From Haliotis cracherodii (lineage: Eukaryota), in NCBI RefSeq assembly GCF_022045235.1, contig NW_027266297.1:62558001-62622000 (forward strand): DNA of 64,000 nucleotides, read 5' to 3'. The position numbers and the translations under genes are program-made. Positions 1-13,569 of this stretch are shown one piece after another. A model generated the notes under the pieces. The model was not told the DNA's origin. It saw only the letters and a list, made by a program, of their open reading frames with translations, and made no database searches. The stretch's first letter is position 1. The number at the start of each line of letters is the position of its first letter.

Positions 1-799
1 GAGTGTGGATACCAGGGCTAGGGAGTGGACTTGTTTATTTTTAAGAAGTATTGCAGCTGGCAGGACTTCTATGGTTTATTCTGTTTGAGTGAATTCTTTT
101 GGGTGTGGCTATTTGTGAGGGGTCTGTCTCCAGTGTGAAATTTCTTTTAAGAAGTTGTTTCCTAGTTGAGTTTGTTTTGAAAGTGGGGTGTCGGGTTTAC
201 CGGTGTGTTTGGTTGGACGGTATTGGAATAGCTGATCTAAGTGGGATGAATGACTGTTGGGTTTGTGGGGGTGGCCCTGGTGGGAGAGGGGATTGTGGAT
301 ACGGGGGCTTTGTGTGGGTTGGGGAGTGGTTGGGAGATTAGCAGGGCCTTTTTAGGTCTGGTTTTGGGTAGTTTTTTTCTTTTTGAGGGGGGGGGGGGGG
401 GGGGGGGGGGGAGTGGTCCTTGGTGGGTTTGGGGGGAGGGGGGAATATATGTGAATGCGTGGCATATGTTACTTTATGATGGACTTTTTCTGACGGTGTA
501 TGTTAATGCGCCGAATATTGTGATCTATGTTTATAACCTCTTGTATCTGTGTCAGCCATTTGGGTACCTGCCATGTAATATTTAATCCATCAATGATTGG
601 GTGTTTGCTTAGGAGGGGAGAGTGCCCTGGAACCCTCTGCCGCAATTGCTTACATATTTGTGTGTCATATTTGTTTTTTGTAGGCAGAGGGCGAATTTGT
701 TATATACATATAAGTTTGTGTGGGTGTGGAGGAGGGTGTGTGTGTGGTTGTCATCACACCACAGCCATATAACCCACCTCGTCCAGATGGACAGTCGTA

Positions 800-2436
800 G
801 ACATTACGAGCACTATGATTGGTCGTCAACCTGAATTCCAATATGTTAATGTTCATTAACGATAATTTTATCCAAGATGCAATACGAGTACCTGTGGAGG
901 AGGATGTGTTTTGAGTCTATACTTGATGCATGGACTCAAGTCGTCCATCTTCATTCCTCACTTGCCAAGGCACTTCACCTGAGCTCCCAGCTGGTCAAGA
1001 AGCAAATTCTTCCCAAATCCTAATTGCCGTGAATTCTTCTGGGCCCAATACGCATAGGAAGATCGACAATCCAAATGTCTGACAAACTTAGTTGACAGGT
1101 TAAGCATACACATGAAACGTAACAGTTCCTTATATTAAAACTATTCTGATACACCTTTTAAACGAATCCGATTTGCACCTTCCCAAACACCGATGACGTC
1201 AGTAGGGATACACTGCTTTGCTGCAGAGGTAGCTGCACCGATGCGAAAAGAGTGAGGCTTGTATTTATTGTGCTCCGGACCAACAAATCCTTACGCTTTT
1301 AATTGCATTGAAGAGAACTGGTATCTTGTTACTGGAAGTATTAAAAGGCTCTCTTGGGACGATGAATGGGTTCTGATATCCAAATACAGCAATGTCACTT
1401 GGCAAATTGAAACATCAGCATGGGCCCTAACTTGCAGTTCAGCTGCTCTCTATTCCGCCCTAGACATGCGAATTGTCATCAATACTCGATGAATTTAATA
1501 TCACATCAGTGCCTGATACTCTGTTACTCACTAGTTCACCTACGCGCAAGAATCCAAAGAATGCCAACATACTTTGAAACAGAATAGTCTCGCACACAGA
1601 CATTGAAACAGGCTGCAAGGCTTCTGTTATTTGTTTTAACAATAGTAAAGTGATAGGAGTTCTTGTATCCTGCTTCTGAGCATCTCTTCTTATTCCTTGT
1701 AACAACTTTTTGAAAATAGACCCATGAAGATCTGGAGTAGAATAGGTCTTCAGCAACCCATGCCTGCTGTAACTTGTGACTATGCATGTCGCAAGAGGTG
1801 ACTAACGGGGTCGGGTAGTCAGGTTCGTTGACTTGGTTGATGCATGCCATCGATCCCAATTGCTTGGATTGATGCTCATGATGTCAATCACTGGAATGAC
1901 CACTGGTCAAGAATTGGTTATTTACAGACCGCCGTCATATAGCTGGAATATTGCTGAGTGCAGTGTTAAACAAACCAACAAACAAATCTTGAAAACAAAA
2001 TTATCTTAAGGTCTGATAATGATGATAATTTATGATATCTACTGATAACTGAGATATGCTGATAAGCTTAACCTCCAAGGATCGGTTGGCTATGTAATGA
2101 GCAAACGTGAGCCAGCTAGGTCTGATCTAGGTGCTAGCTGAAATGAAACTGTTGAAATGAATGCAACACATACCTGTACGCCTTATTGGTGTTTTGAGAT
2201 ACTGACATACTTAATAGCCTGTGAGCTTCGTCTTTCATATCTGCCATAGAGAATCTGGTATTCGGGTTGGCTGCGGACAAGCCTGACGTGCTATATTCTG
2301 CAACTGCTGCAACTGAAAGCGGGTTAAAGAATCTGCTATGCTGTTGAAGCACCCTGGAAGATTTTGAGATTTCATGATTATGTTAAGCTTTAAGCATTTG
2401 AGAGTAAACAAACGAACTAAAACCATTACTCTCGGT
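800..2436 (-). mobile_element. Degenerate 3' half of a DIRS/Ngaro-type retrotransposon: end of RNase H, tyrosine recombinase, SGNH-hydrolase-like ORF
   Basis: Minus-strand translations: RNase H end 'LPGCFNSIADSLTRFQ' (2235-2426); YR pieces 'RTPITLLLLKQI...AFFGFLRVGEL' (1460-1716) and 'YKPHSFRIGAATSAA' (~1220-1263); broken SGNH-like 'IWIV..' and 'PPPQVLVLHLG' (~870-1076). Stops and frameshifts throughout; interrupted by a retroposon at 1719-1988. Confidence 0.8.
1719..1988 (+). mobile_element. Short retroposon family 2 (GACCC-TGAAGATC head, caaa tail) inserted in the YR ORF
   Basis: Colinear with copies at 28589, 36920 and 53531. Ends gctggaatattgctgagtgcagtgttaaacaaac. Possible ttgaaaa TSD (1710-1716, 1989-1995). 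Confidence 0.8.
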
Positions 2437-4372
2437 GATGACGATGTTATGGGGGAAGGGAGGTAACTCTGTCTGGTTCAAGTGCAGTTGTCAAATATTT
2501 ATCTTTTCCCTTCATATTGCGCCAAAGACACACAGTAATTTTTGCTTGCTCCGCAAATAAGTTTTATGTCAAGATTAACAGCCCGCCAGCTCGATATGCC
2601 ACGGGAAAAGGGTGTACCAAGAAACTCAGGGTCGGCAGCAGGGCGTTTGTTCAGCCTAGAGGGTCTGGGAGAAAGAGGAAAGTTGTTCAGCAAGCGGATC
2701 TCGAGGTAGCGACGTCCGCCAAGCAGGCGAGGATTGCGAATGCCAGTTTCTCTCAACTACAGGGGCGGTCGGGTAGCCTAGTGTTGAAAGCGTTCGCTCG
2801 TCACGCCGAAGACCCGGGTTCGATTACCGACATGGCTACAATGTGTGAAGCCCATTTCTGGTGTCCCTCGCCGTGATATTGCTGGAATATTGCTAAAAGC
2901 GGCGTAAAACTATACTCACTCACTCTCTCAACTACATGTGAATTATCCCCCTTAGGTGATGATTTGGGTAGCAGTTTTGACAGAAGCGTAAGTATTACAA
3001 GTACTAGATCTCGAAATACTGCACAAATACAACGGCATAATTTCCAGCCAGAATGTGATAGGCCTATTGAGCGGCGACAGGTGTAAGGTTGCAAGGCTAA
3101 CGGCATTAGTCAGTCACAGGGGCTTGATGTGCATGACTTCTCACCATTTATTGCTCCTAAGCCTATCGTACTCTGCCAAGATAACTTAGGATCCAATATA
3201 CATAAAATCGTTAAGGAAAAAATGTAGGAAAAATAAGTATGTCGAATTAAGGATCTTTACAAACCAGTATGACTCATGAGTCTAAATGCACAAGGGGGTA
3301 TTGAGGTTAAAAGCCGCATATTATCCCAGAAACAACACACTCGAGGAATAGACGGATTATTTTTTTATATTTGTTAACATTTATCTGGAGAAATTTGGGG
3401 GCAAAACACAGCAAATGCTCAAATACATGAATATTGTATGCATGGCCCCTACAAAGATGAAGGGTTATGGTTGGCGTTCCTGTGATCAGCAGTTTTGACG
3501 TCATCATGCTCACAATCCGCTTGATCCATGGTCATCAATAATGACCTTTGGCTTGCGTTTGCAACACCATCATCAAGTGTTGGTATCAATCAATACCACA
3601 AACAAGATCGATGCCAAGGCCGATATGTTAAGCTTATCATGAAGACAAAACGCCAGCTTCCATGCTACGACTTCAGTCTGCCAAAATGTAGCTGCAGTGT
3701 GTGCAGATATGGAGATGTGTGTACTAGTTGCAGTAAGCCTCACCCTTTCCTACTTTGTAAGAGTACGTCAAAGTTGGCAAATAAATTCCCCTAATGGGAA
3801 AGCAACCTAGTTTTACCTGATAAATCACCAGTCAATGTAGAATTGTTATCAGCATTGTTAACAGATTAGCCAAACCGAGATACAACTGAATACCTATGGC
3901 AGGGGTTTTGTTTTGTTCTTAGTGTGTTTTTTTAAATTCAAGGTCCAAGGGAATATTTCCATAACATGATATCAGGTTCTAGATCTAGTGCTTGTAATAC
4001 TTATGCTGCTGTCAGAACTGCTACCCAAATCATCACCAAATCATTTCATGTAGTTGAGAGAAAGTGGCAGGCCCAATCCTCGTCTGCTTGGCGGACGTCG
4101 CTACCTCGAGATCCGCTTGCTGAACAACTTTCCTCTTTCTCCCAGACCCTCTAGTCTGAACAAACGCCCTGCTGCCGACCCTGAGTTTCTTGGCACACCC
4201 TTTGTCTCTGGCATATTGAGCTGGCAGGCTGTTAATCTTGACATAAAACTTAATTGCGGAGCAAGCAAAAATTACTGTGTGTCTTTGGCGTAATATGAAG
4301 GGAAAGGATAAATATTTGACAACTGCACTTGAACCAGACAGAGTTACCTCCCTTCCCCCATAACATCGTCAT
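2437..4372. repeat. Inverted repeat arms 2437-3010 and 3980-4372 enclosing plus-strand DIRS/Ngaro gag and start-of-RT remnants
   Basis: ORFs 2499-2756(-) and 4054-4293(+) translate almost identically. Interior plus-strand remnants 'IHKIVKEKM*ENKYVELR' and 'SPVNVELLSALLTD*PNRDTTEYLWQGF' resemble DIRS gag and the RT N-terminus. A further diverged partial copy lies at 4374-4550. Confidence 0.75.
2762..2923 (+). mobile_element. tRNA-derived SINE family 1 with (actc)n tail
   Basis: A box (tagcctagtg) and B box (gttcgatt). 13-bp TSD tctctcaactaca at 2749-2761 and 2924-2936. The empty site is seen in the inverted arm near 4049-4061. Confidence 0.9.
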
Positions 4373-4609
4373 GGTTTCTTAGCACACCCTTTGTCTCTGG
4401 CATATTGAGCTGGCAGGCTGTTAATCTGATAAAAAATTGATTGCCGAGCGAGCAAAACATATTTTGTCTGACTTTGGCGCAATATGATCGGAAGGGATAA
4501 ACATGTGACAACTGCATTTGAATCAGACAGAGTTACCGCCCTTCTCCCATAGAATAAAAACAGCAGTTGATAACTGAATTTTATAATTATACTAAAGATA
4601 CACTAAATT

Positions 4610-5490
4610 TATTCATCGTTTCACTTTTGGCAAATTCACTCAAATGTTATAATTGCCAAAAGTGTGGACATGGTGTTAGGTCTTGCACTGGCAAGACAGG
4701 ATGCTCATGCTGCAGTGGGGCTCATGAGACCTCCAAATGCACTTATGACATAAGTGTACTAACATCAAGCATCATCTTAATCACATCCGAATTCTGAACA
4801 TGAGACTAAAATCCTCAAAATCAAATGCACAAATAACATCTCCTTCTTTGAAGCGAAGAAATTAGTTCCTGCACAATCAACACGTACATCTAGTCTCACA
4901 TATTCAGCCGCAATTTCTTCTCCAGTTTTTATTACTAAAGTTACATTAGTTCAACATCGCCAAACAGCGATATCTTGGGTAAATGAAGCCCAGATTACCT
5001 TGGATGAAAATACACAAAAACTACACAAATCCCAGTCTGAGGAACCACAACCAGAAACAACACTAGAATCATCACAATTGGTAAAAATTGTTACGGTTTA
5101 AAATCCGTTTGAACCATTTGACATGGAGGTCACTTCTCCACACACAGTGCCTTAGAGTGGTTCTTCCACATGCTAAGGTTCCCCAGTTGAACCTCCATGA
5201 GCTGTTTCTAGGTCCTCTGCGAACCCACCCAATTGTAAACCATGGTTTACTGATGATTGCAAACAGGCTAGGAAGTGTAGGAAGAAGGGAGAAAAACTCT
5301 TTCGCCGTCATCCTACTGTTCATAATCTAAACACTGTAACAAAATAAAGTGCCAAGTCTTGAAGTCTTCGAAGAACATCGTATCAAACTTTTATTCACGT
5401 ACACCTATGACTAAGGTGTGGATCATGACACAAAAAGCAAAAGGACAGGTACAAATTCAGGTGTTGATAATCTTAAAGATGGCCATGATA
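4610..5490 (+). mobile_element. Internally deleted I/Nimb-like LINE fragment (ORF1 zinc knuckles plus ORF2 linker)
   Basis: 'CYNCQKCGHGVRSC...CSCCSGAHETSKC' and 'KPWFTDDCKQARKC'. Homologous to the - strand LINE at 6740-10810. Confidence 0.7.
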
Positions 5491-5819
5491 TATCAACTTA
5501 TAAATATGATGCGTGGTATAAAACCTAACGCAGGACGCATAAAACCCCAATTAACGCGTGACGCATAAAACCCCATGATCCTTCGACAACTTATATTGTG
5601 TCTCGATAAAATTCAAAATTGCTCACTTTAGAATGGCTTCAAAGTTTCACAGACCAAGACAAATTGTATATGTCTCTGTTGATAACATAAACTCAATAAA
5701 CCAAAGTAATTTTAGACAGCACTCCAATAAAGATTGTATAAAAAGCGAAGGATTAAATTTTTACCATCATTTGACGTTTTTACCACATGTTAAATATTTG
5801 AATTCCAAACAATTAGTTG

Positions 5820-6310
5820 CAGAACCGTACGTAACAGGGTTGAGGGAGCACAACGTTCAGCCTCGACGTCCAGCGATACGCCCAATTTTGCTTCAGTGTC
5901 ACCTTCTGGCACGCCTAGCTAGACAGCATCTGAGGCTCCAAAGACAACACCAGGACAGGGTACTGTTCTCATATGAGTCCTGATGTCGTCTCAACAGCTC
6001 TGATCGTCATGCAAGGGTCTACAGGCGTGCAGATGAAGGTTTTAATGATGCTTGCGTTACTCAGCGTCATCAGAATTTGGTGTAATGGCATGGGTGGCAT
6101 CACAACTACTGTGAGAACACAACTCATTACTGTAAATGGCAATTTGAATGGCGTACGCGACCGGCATGACATCATTCGAGATCGTGTTATACCTTTCGTG
6201 CAAATGCAGTGACGTAACGTTACATTTCAGGAGGATATTGCATGCATCTGTTGACGTTTTCAGGCAGCATAACATTGCTGTGCTGCCATGGCCGGGCATT
6301 TGGAACTATG
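5820..6310 (+). mobile_element. Heavily decayed Tc1 transposase remnant
   Basis: Broken frames give 'VQPRRPAIRPIL', 'DRVLFSYES', 'VNGNLNGVRDRHDII' and 'HNIAVLPWP'. Confidence 0.75.
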
Positions 6311-6739
6311 ACTCCTTCGACAGGTCTAGAACCTGGTAACCCAAGCACAGTTGGCACAATATTGGGTTGACATTTGGAACAACCTTTCCTAGCAAGCTTT
6401 CATGACAATTCTACCTTAAATATTCACTGCAACTTACCAAGAAACAAATATTGACTCTTTCATATATTATCTGATGCAACAATTGAAAATATGCTTTTCT
6501 ATCTTCACGAGATAAGATACTAGTACACTACTACAGTGATCAGCTGGTGATTGACAGCATGTGCCCAAAAAAGTTGCAAATTCAACTTTAAAAAATCAAT
6601 AAACATAACACACAAAAATCATGTTTTCGTAACTTTTAATATGTATTGTTGATTCGCCATATTGGAAGAACTGTAACCTTGAAAATGTTGCTTTGCAGCG
6701 CTACCATATTACTGCATTTATACACCCCAGCGACAATTG

Positions 6740-9700
6740 TTAATAAATTAGTTGATTGGTTTCGGATTTCTTTAATTTACTTAATGCAAGATCCACCTCT
6801 AGTTTTACAAACTGCCATGATGTAGAAGACAAAAGCTGATTGGGGGCTCTATTGTTAAGATTTATTTTAGCAACAGAAATATCTGATTGGAGTCTTATTC
6901 CAAGTGGTTGAATAAGTGAGGACTTTGTAGAGATTTCCATAAAGGGAATTAAAAACAAAGACATAGATTGGAGTCATTAGCATGTAAGTTAGAGATATAT
7001 TGTAGAGCTAATTTAATGCGACGGTGTTTAAGGCTCGTCATCTTCCACACACAAGCTATGAAAAGGCGAAGTTCTGAAGGCCCAAAGGCAATGCCTCAGG
7101 GCTTGAAGATGAATAGTATAAAGTCATTATAAATTGCTCTTACAAGCCCCACCATAGATGATGGAGCCATAATCAAGTTTAGAGCGGATAGTTGTTTGAT
7201 ATAGTTGGAGGATGTTTTTGTTATCCCCTCCCAACTTTGAATTGGAGAAAACTTTTAATAAATCCAGGGCCTTCAAGCATTTATTCTTTAAGTATTTAAT
7301 GTAGGACAGAAATGTCAAATGATGTAGAAAATTGGACCATAGAAATTGGCTTCCTTTTACAATTTATATGGGAGTGTTATCTCGAATTAATTCTGGATCT
7401 TTTGGGGTTTATATTTTCTACAAAAAATCTTTACAGCTTGTTTTAGATTTTGAAAATTTAAAACCATTTTCTAAAGACAATTTCTGTATTTTATTTAAAC
7501 ATAGCGGCAGTTGCCTTTCAATAGTATGCATGTTTTTCCCACGACAAGAAATATTAAAATCATCCACAAAGAGTGATCCATCAAGCGAATCATTTAAAAC
7601 TTTAGATAAACTGTTTGTCTTAATACTAAACAATGCGACAGACAAGATACTGCCAGATCCTGATTCTTATGATCAGACTTGAAATTGCCTGTCAGTTAAA
7701 TATTCTGATATAAATTTAGGCAAACAGCCTCGTAATCCAAAATCATGTAAATCTCTTAAAATACCGTGTTACCAGGTAGTGTCGTATGCTTTTCTGGATT
7801 GAAAAAGATTGACACTGCATGTTGTATTTAACAAATTATTCCAAGCGAACTAATTGATCTATGATACTTTTGTTTTTCCAGAAACCACATTGTATATTAG
7901 TGATAAGAATATTGAATTCCAGGTTGAAAACCAGTCGATTACTTATCATGCGTTCCATGGTTTTGCAAACGCAGCTTTTATTTGAAGGGTCGGTATGATC
8001 TCGACCGGGTTTGGGTAGTGGTATAACTCTAGCATCAGGCAATGAAGAAGAAAATTTCCCTGTCGTTCAAATTTCATCAAACCAGTCAATGTTTTTTCTA
8101 AAGATGAGTCAGGTAAGTGCTTTAGGAGTTGATAATGAAAGTTTTCAGCTACTGTAGTAGTATAGTGAGCTTGTCCAAGAGTTCATTAATACAGAATTGT
8201 TCATTATAATCTTCCCTGTTATCTAAATCAAAATTAATACGTTTCTTTTCTTGATGATTTTAAAAAAAATACGTTTTGAATTGAGGTGCATAGTTAGATG
8301 AGGAAGAGTGTTTTGCAAAAGATTTGCAAAGTTTATTTGCAAAATATGATTTATGAGTTAGTAAATGGTCCCCATTTTTAAGATGATGTATACTAGATTC
8401 AGTGCTTTTACCGTTGTTTGTTGTCATGTTCCACACCTTGGACATGGGGGTTCGTGAATATATATTTGAAACAAAACACCATGGCGTTTACTTTGTTTAA
8501 ATGTATGCCGTGCTTTTGCGTTAAAAATCTAAAACTTTATTAGCCATAGGATGTTGGTAGAAATAACGCTCCTCCTTTTTCCTTGCCTTCCTATCTCGCT
8601 TGCAGTCATCGGTAAAACATGGTTTACGTATGATGGGAATTCTAGAGGACTTTGGAACGCATTCTTCAGCTATTTTGTTGGGTTCATTGTAATGGGTCAG
8701 GAATGTCAGTAAAATGATCAGATTGGCAAAATAGAGAATGTCACATGGAGGCCAGTAAGCTTTGGCAAAGTTCCGTCGAGATGATGGAGGAACATCAGAC
8801 GGGGTAACAGGGTTAAGAATGGTTGGAAAGTGGCCACTTCCACAAAGGTCATCGTGGACTGACCACTCAAAATAATTCAGCAAGTTGAAATCTGTAATAG
8901 ACAAATCAAGGGAAGAGTATGTGCCTGTTCAAGGATGTAAATTAGGTTTTTTTTAATTATCATTAAAAAGGCATAGAGTATTGTTGGAAATAAAATCTTC
9001 TCGGAGTTTGACTTTACTGCTTGTATGATCACTATCCCACAGTGGATTATGTCCGTTCATATCGCCCATTATAATACAGGGCTCAGGACGCTGGTCACAG
9101 AGGGCTTGACGATCGGTTTGCTGAAGAGATGCAGATGGAGATGGAGATGATCTGTAGTTTTAAAGTAAGTTTCCTGCAAACAAAAGGCTGATGACTTAAA
9201 CTTGTGTTAGTAGCTGCAAATCATTAAACTTGTTTTTAGTCCTCTGCAATTCCATTGTGTAATAGGGTTAAAACAGGTCATGGTGGTTCTACTGGGGATC
9301 TTGACCGGGATGGAGGTCTAATCTTGTGGCCTGTTCGAGATTGATTGACCTCCAAATTGATGTTGAACCTTAACAGGTGTCAGCTGAGGAGAAGGCACCT
9401 TCAAGTGTTGAAGGGCACTGGCCGTTTTTCCGTTTCTTTTTTTCCGTTTTTGTTAAATGTATGTCTCCACGAATAGGAGATGATTCTGGTACTAAATTAA
9501 ATGTTTCTGATGATTGCACTAGCTCCGTCTGTGAAGCTGACGTTGCTCTTATTGTTACGCTTTGAGCTGTAGTCTTGTCGCATCTGCTGATTACCAACCC
9601 AAGAGATGGTTGGTTGGCATCCTACAGATACTGTGGCAGCTTTGACAACAGGAGTGACAGTTACAGCTGCTGAGTAAAATTGTGTTGAGTTGACAAAGTT

Positions 9701-10810
9701 TAGTTGAGGCCAAGTGGTCCCCATCGCAATTTGCACACTTCAAGGCATCTGTGCACTCAATGCTCTCATCTGAGCAACTGCAGCACACACAGACTGTCCT
9801 GAGAGTGCAAGTCTTGGCACCGTGTCCAAAAAGTTGGCATTTGTAATAGCTGAGTGGGTTTGGTAAATAAAGATCCACTTCGATATTAAAGTACCCAGCT
9901 TTGACAGATTTATTGATTTTATTTGGGGAAAAGTAAAGACATAGGTATTGATCTGGATGATGTTGTTATCCTGTTCTCTGATGAAACGCTTGGCAGCTGT
10001 AACACCTTGTGTTGTTAGGTCCATCACAATCTCATCGTCACTCATGTCAGGCTCTGTCTCTCACGTTCACTCGTCACGCCGAAGACCCGGGTTCGATTCC
10101 CGACATGGGTACAGTGTGTGAAGCCTATTACTGGTGTCCCCCGCCGTGATATTGCTGGATTAAAGCGGCGTAAAACCATACTCACTCACTCACTGTCTCT
10201 CACGATGCCTCGACACGAGTTCAATGTCCTGTGTGCTGAGACAGAAACCTCTACATTTGCAAATTGTACTGATTGCAACTGGTTGATAAAAGGTTTTGAG
10301 ATTGCTGTTTCATGGAACATTACACAAATAAGGAGCTATTAGGGAGGCGGGTAACATTGTCAACCATACCACAACAACCATTGATGGCCTTAGAAATAGC
10401 AAACGGTTATATTTCGATGGTTGATGATCAGAAGCCTCGATTACTGTGAATCGAGCATAGGAATCTAACTGTAGATCAGTTTCTAAGTCTGATGAGCTAA
10501 CATCTTGGTGTTTTCTTTTAGAACCAGAATGTTTTTAGAAATAATGAATGGAAGTGGTTTTGCGCCCCTGCTCCCCACTCACCATCGAGTGTCAACAAGG
10601 ACAGTATGTTATTGCATTGGATATCCAAAATGCAAAACACCAAGGCTACAGGTGTGTTATACTCCAGCAAATATGACTCGAACAGCTATATTTGTTTACT
10701 ACATTTACTGCCAAGCTAGTTCTTCTCATAACAGTAATGTAGAGACATATAGAATTCAGCGGTCAACTTTACCAGATTGGCCCATGAGCCACCGCCTTCT
10801 GGCATAGGAC
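6740..10810 (-). mobile_element. Degenerate I/Nimb-like LINE: ORF1 gag-like zinc knuckle, AP endonuclease, RT
   Basis: ORF1 'YYKCQLFGHGAKTC..CANCDGDH' (~9700-9880); APE 'QWNCRG' (~9240-9258) and 'DLCGSGHFPT'; RT 'VIPLPKPG', 'QCGF', 'LFVDD', 'IRSKLDYG'. Many stops and frameshifts. Confidence 0.85.
10066..10192 (+). mobile_element. 5'-truncated tRNA-derived SINE family 1 inside LINE ORF1
   Basis: B box ggttcgattccc and (actc)n tail. 12-bp TSD ctgtctctcacg at 10054-10065 and 10193-10204. Confidence 0.9.
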
Positions 10811-11179
10811 TCAAAGCAATATATTTTTCAATAGTTGTGTTATACATACCAAGATATACATTTGTGAAAAGCAAAAAATTGGAAGCTATTGGTTTTAGAG
10901 ATAAATGTTGCTTAAAGTCGGTTTCATTATTTAATTTTGGATTCCCGTGACCTGTGAGTCTCGAATTTTTAAATGTGCTAGTTCCGCATGCTGGTCATAT
11001 TTATGTTGTGATTCTGGCCAATGAACTGCATATGGTACTAGAATGGCGGAATAATATGACGATATCTATATTAATAATCAAAACGCATACAATAGGGCTC
11101 TTAGCCATTCTAGCTTGGAACACCGATAATAAACAGAAAGTTTGCAATAGGGTTCTTAATAGTTCTGTCTTGGAGGCCT

Positions 11180-12040
11180 TATTATAGCCCGAATTGCGCA
11201 TAAGTAAAAGTTGCCGTCCACGGTCTTTTCAGAAAGTGTAAAACTCTCGTGCTGAAACTTTGTACAAATAATCCCTTAGGTTATTTCATCCATGATAACA
11301 TAACCAAAAGCAGTCTTAAATCCAATATGGCTGCCAAACGATTTTGTATGGGATGGGTTAAGGGGGTATGATTGAAGAAGACAGTGACACTACAAAAGAA
11401 ACAAATGCCTTCTGAACATTTTAAATCCAATATGGCCTCATATTTGACATATGATTAGAACATAAATTGTTCAGCAGCCAAAAGCATTATATCACGCAAA
11501 GTCTGCAAATTCATTACATAATAATTTATCATTTAAACAATCATGCAAAGTAATGCAAAAACGTTTGCGCCAAATGAAGATTGAACATGGTGGACATCAA
11601 GTAACATATCTCAAAACGGCTAACATAGTTTCTGGCATGGTGCATGGAGAAAAGTTTTGTATCGTTTGAGCGTATAGTTTCAGAGGATAAGACATTGGCA
11701 GACAATTAATGAGAAAGATGGTAAAATGCATGGCCAAAATCTTAAATCCAATATATGGCATTTATTATTTTATGATTGATTAATAATTCATTATATGACT
11801 GATATATACCATGGATCATGCAAATGTAAATATTAAGACAACATAGCACGTGACAATTTTACATGAACCATGTTAGATGCATACGGAATATATACTGGAT
11901 ATGTAAATTAATTAAAAGCATAATGAACTCATCATTTATGAAAAGATGACAGTTAACGACACTGAAAGTAAAAGCTATTAAGAGTAATATTAAAGAAATA
12001 AGCACTATTTGGACCGAAAAATGTACGAGCTCTCCTAGTT
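11180..12040 (+). mobile_element. Possible non-autonomous Helitron/Helentron-like element
   Basis: Internal motif aaatccaatat(at)ggc occurs three times (~11318, 11423, 11743) and the region ends in CTAG-TTTT. Family assignment is by resemblance only. Confidence 0.3.
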
Positions 12041-12918
12041 TTCACAAAGGGAATTTGACAACGGCGGCCAAAAGGCAAAAGTTTATATTTAGGATGCAAG
12101 AAATGAGTTGGGTCGTTAAAATAATACTGGTAGCTTAAGTTACGACATGCTGTTCGTATAATGATACATATGGTTTAAAGCGGCTTGAAACCTTACTCAC
12201 TAATTTTTGTCTTTGTATTATTTGAGCAGTAAAATACAGTAGTTATCCCTTATCCCTTCATCATCAGATGTTTAGCAAAAGCATACCTGACATCACACAT
12301 CAGATGAGTGAGTGAGTGAGTTAAAATTTAACGTAACATCGGTAAAATTTCAGCCATATCGTGATGAGAACTGAGACATAATACACAGATATATATGGAA
12401 TAAAAATCTGTCAGCGACGGACAGTAGATTAACTAGAGTATCACAGTTGAGAGCGTTTAAAAGAATACAATTTCAATCAACAATACAATATAAAAAGGTG
12501 CTTTTGAGGACCAGCAACCCCACAAAAATAAAAGTTCGACAGTTGGTAGTCTAGTATTAAGTAATTAACAGCACAGCAGTATTCAGCATTTCAGAGTTTT
12601 GATGTCGGAAGTAAGGATTTTTTTCTTGGGCATCGCACCTACAATATCTGGGCAAGCTCCGTCAAAGACAAGGTAAGAGCACCAATTGTACTTTAAAGGG
12701 CAAACGTACCCACAAGTACCGTTTGAGTCGCGCGGTAAAGTTAGACTCCTGGTTTCAAGTTCTTTATGCGAAATATTTGCTGAGATGTTTAATTTGTACT
12801 TTCTATGACATTACTCATAATCATTATTCGGTACTGAGTCGCACCGCCAAACAAGACTCCTGAATTCAAAGAACCTCCATGAATTATTTATTGAATCTGT
12901 GCAAAGCTGTAATTACCT

Positions 12919-13569
12919 TGTAGTGAAATTGCACATTACAAAGATCACTTGGTCAGTTTTCAAACTGGCACTAAATCAAATTGGCTAGATGATCACTTTC
13001 ATACCGTCATTGCATAGATATATTTGTTGCATAAGGATTTCATGTAACTGATGATTTTGTTCACATTTGCATGGTTGTTTTCGTTGGTGAAAAGATTCAC
13101 ACATAACAATTTGGACACGTATCAATTTGATTTACGACACCCATTGTCTGAAGAACATTTAATCGCAAAGGCTCATTACCCTGGAGCCATGACATCTATA
13201 TGCCTTGAAACACTTAATTGCTGTTATTTATAAGATGCTAATCCTAATTGTTAATCGCCATTTTTGTGATTATCGACCGTCTGCCATCCTGAACGAGATG
13301 TGCAAGTGTGTCACTGATGAGTTACTGTTTATATTATAATAATTACTCACTAAATGTCAGGTGACATTGGCTATATAAGCCTTGGTCCAGAGAGATTGAG
13401 GGAGCAGAAAAGAAAGGTCTACCCTTTGCCTAGCTATGGTTAGGCTGGGTGCTACCACTATGTGCTGACCTGTCACATGGTGTCTTTTGGATGTATATAT
13501 CTACATGTATAAAGTAAAACTGTATATACCGCAAGCCATGCATCGTCTCCATCCTTGTCACTTTCTACA
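12919..13569 (+). repeat. Possible solo LTR
   Basis: TGTAG...CTACA termini, TATA-like ctatataag (~13371) and agtaaa (~13513). No matching TSD found. Confidence 0.25.

Noticed and set aside
1-450. G/T-rich ORFs with poly-Gly
   Set aside because: Low-complexity sequence with a long G homopolymer and no motifs; may be low-quality sequence.
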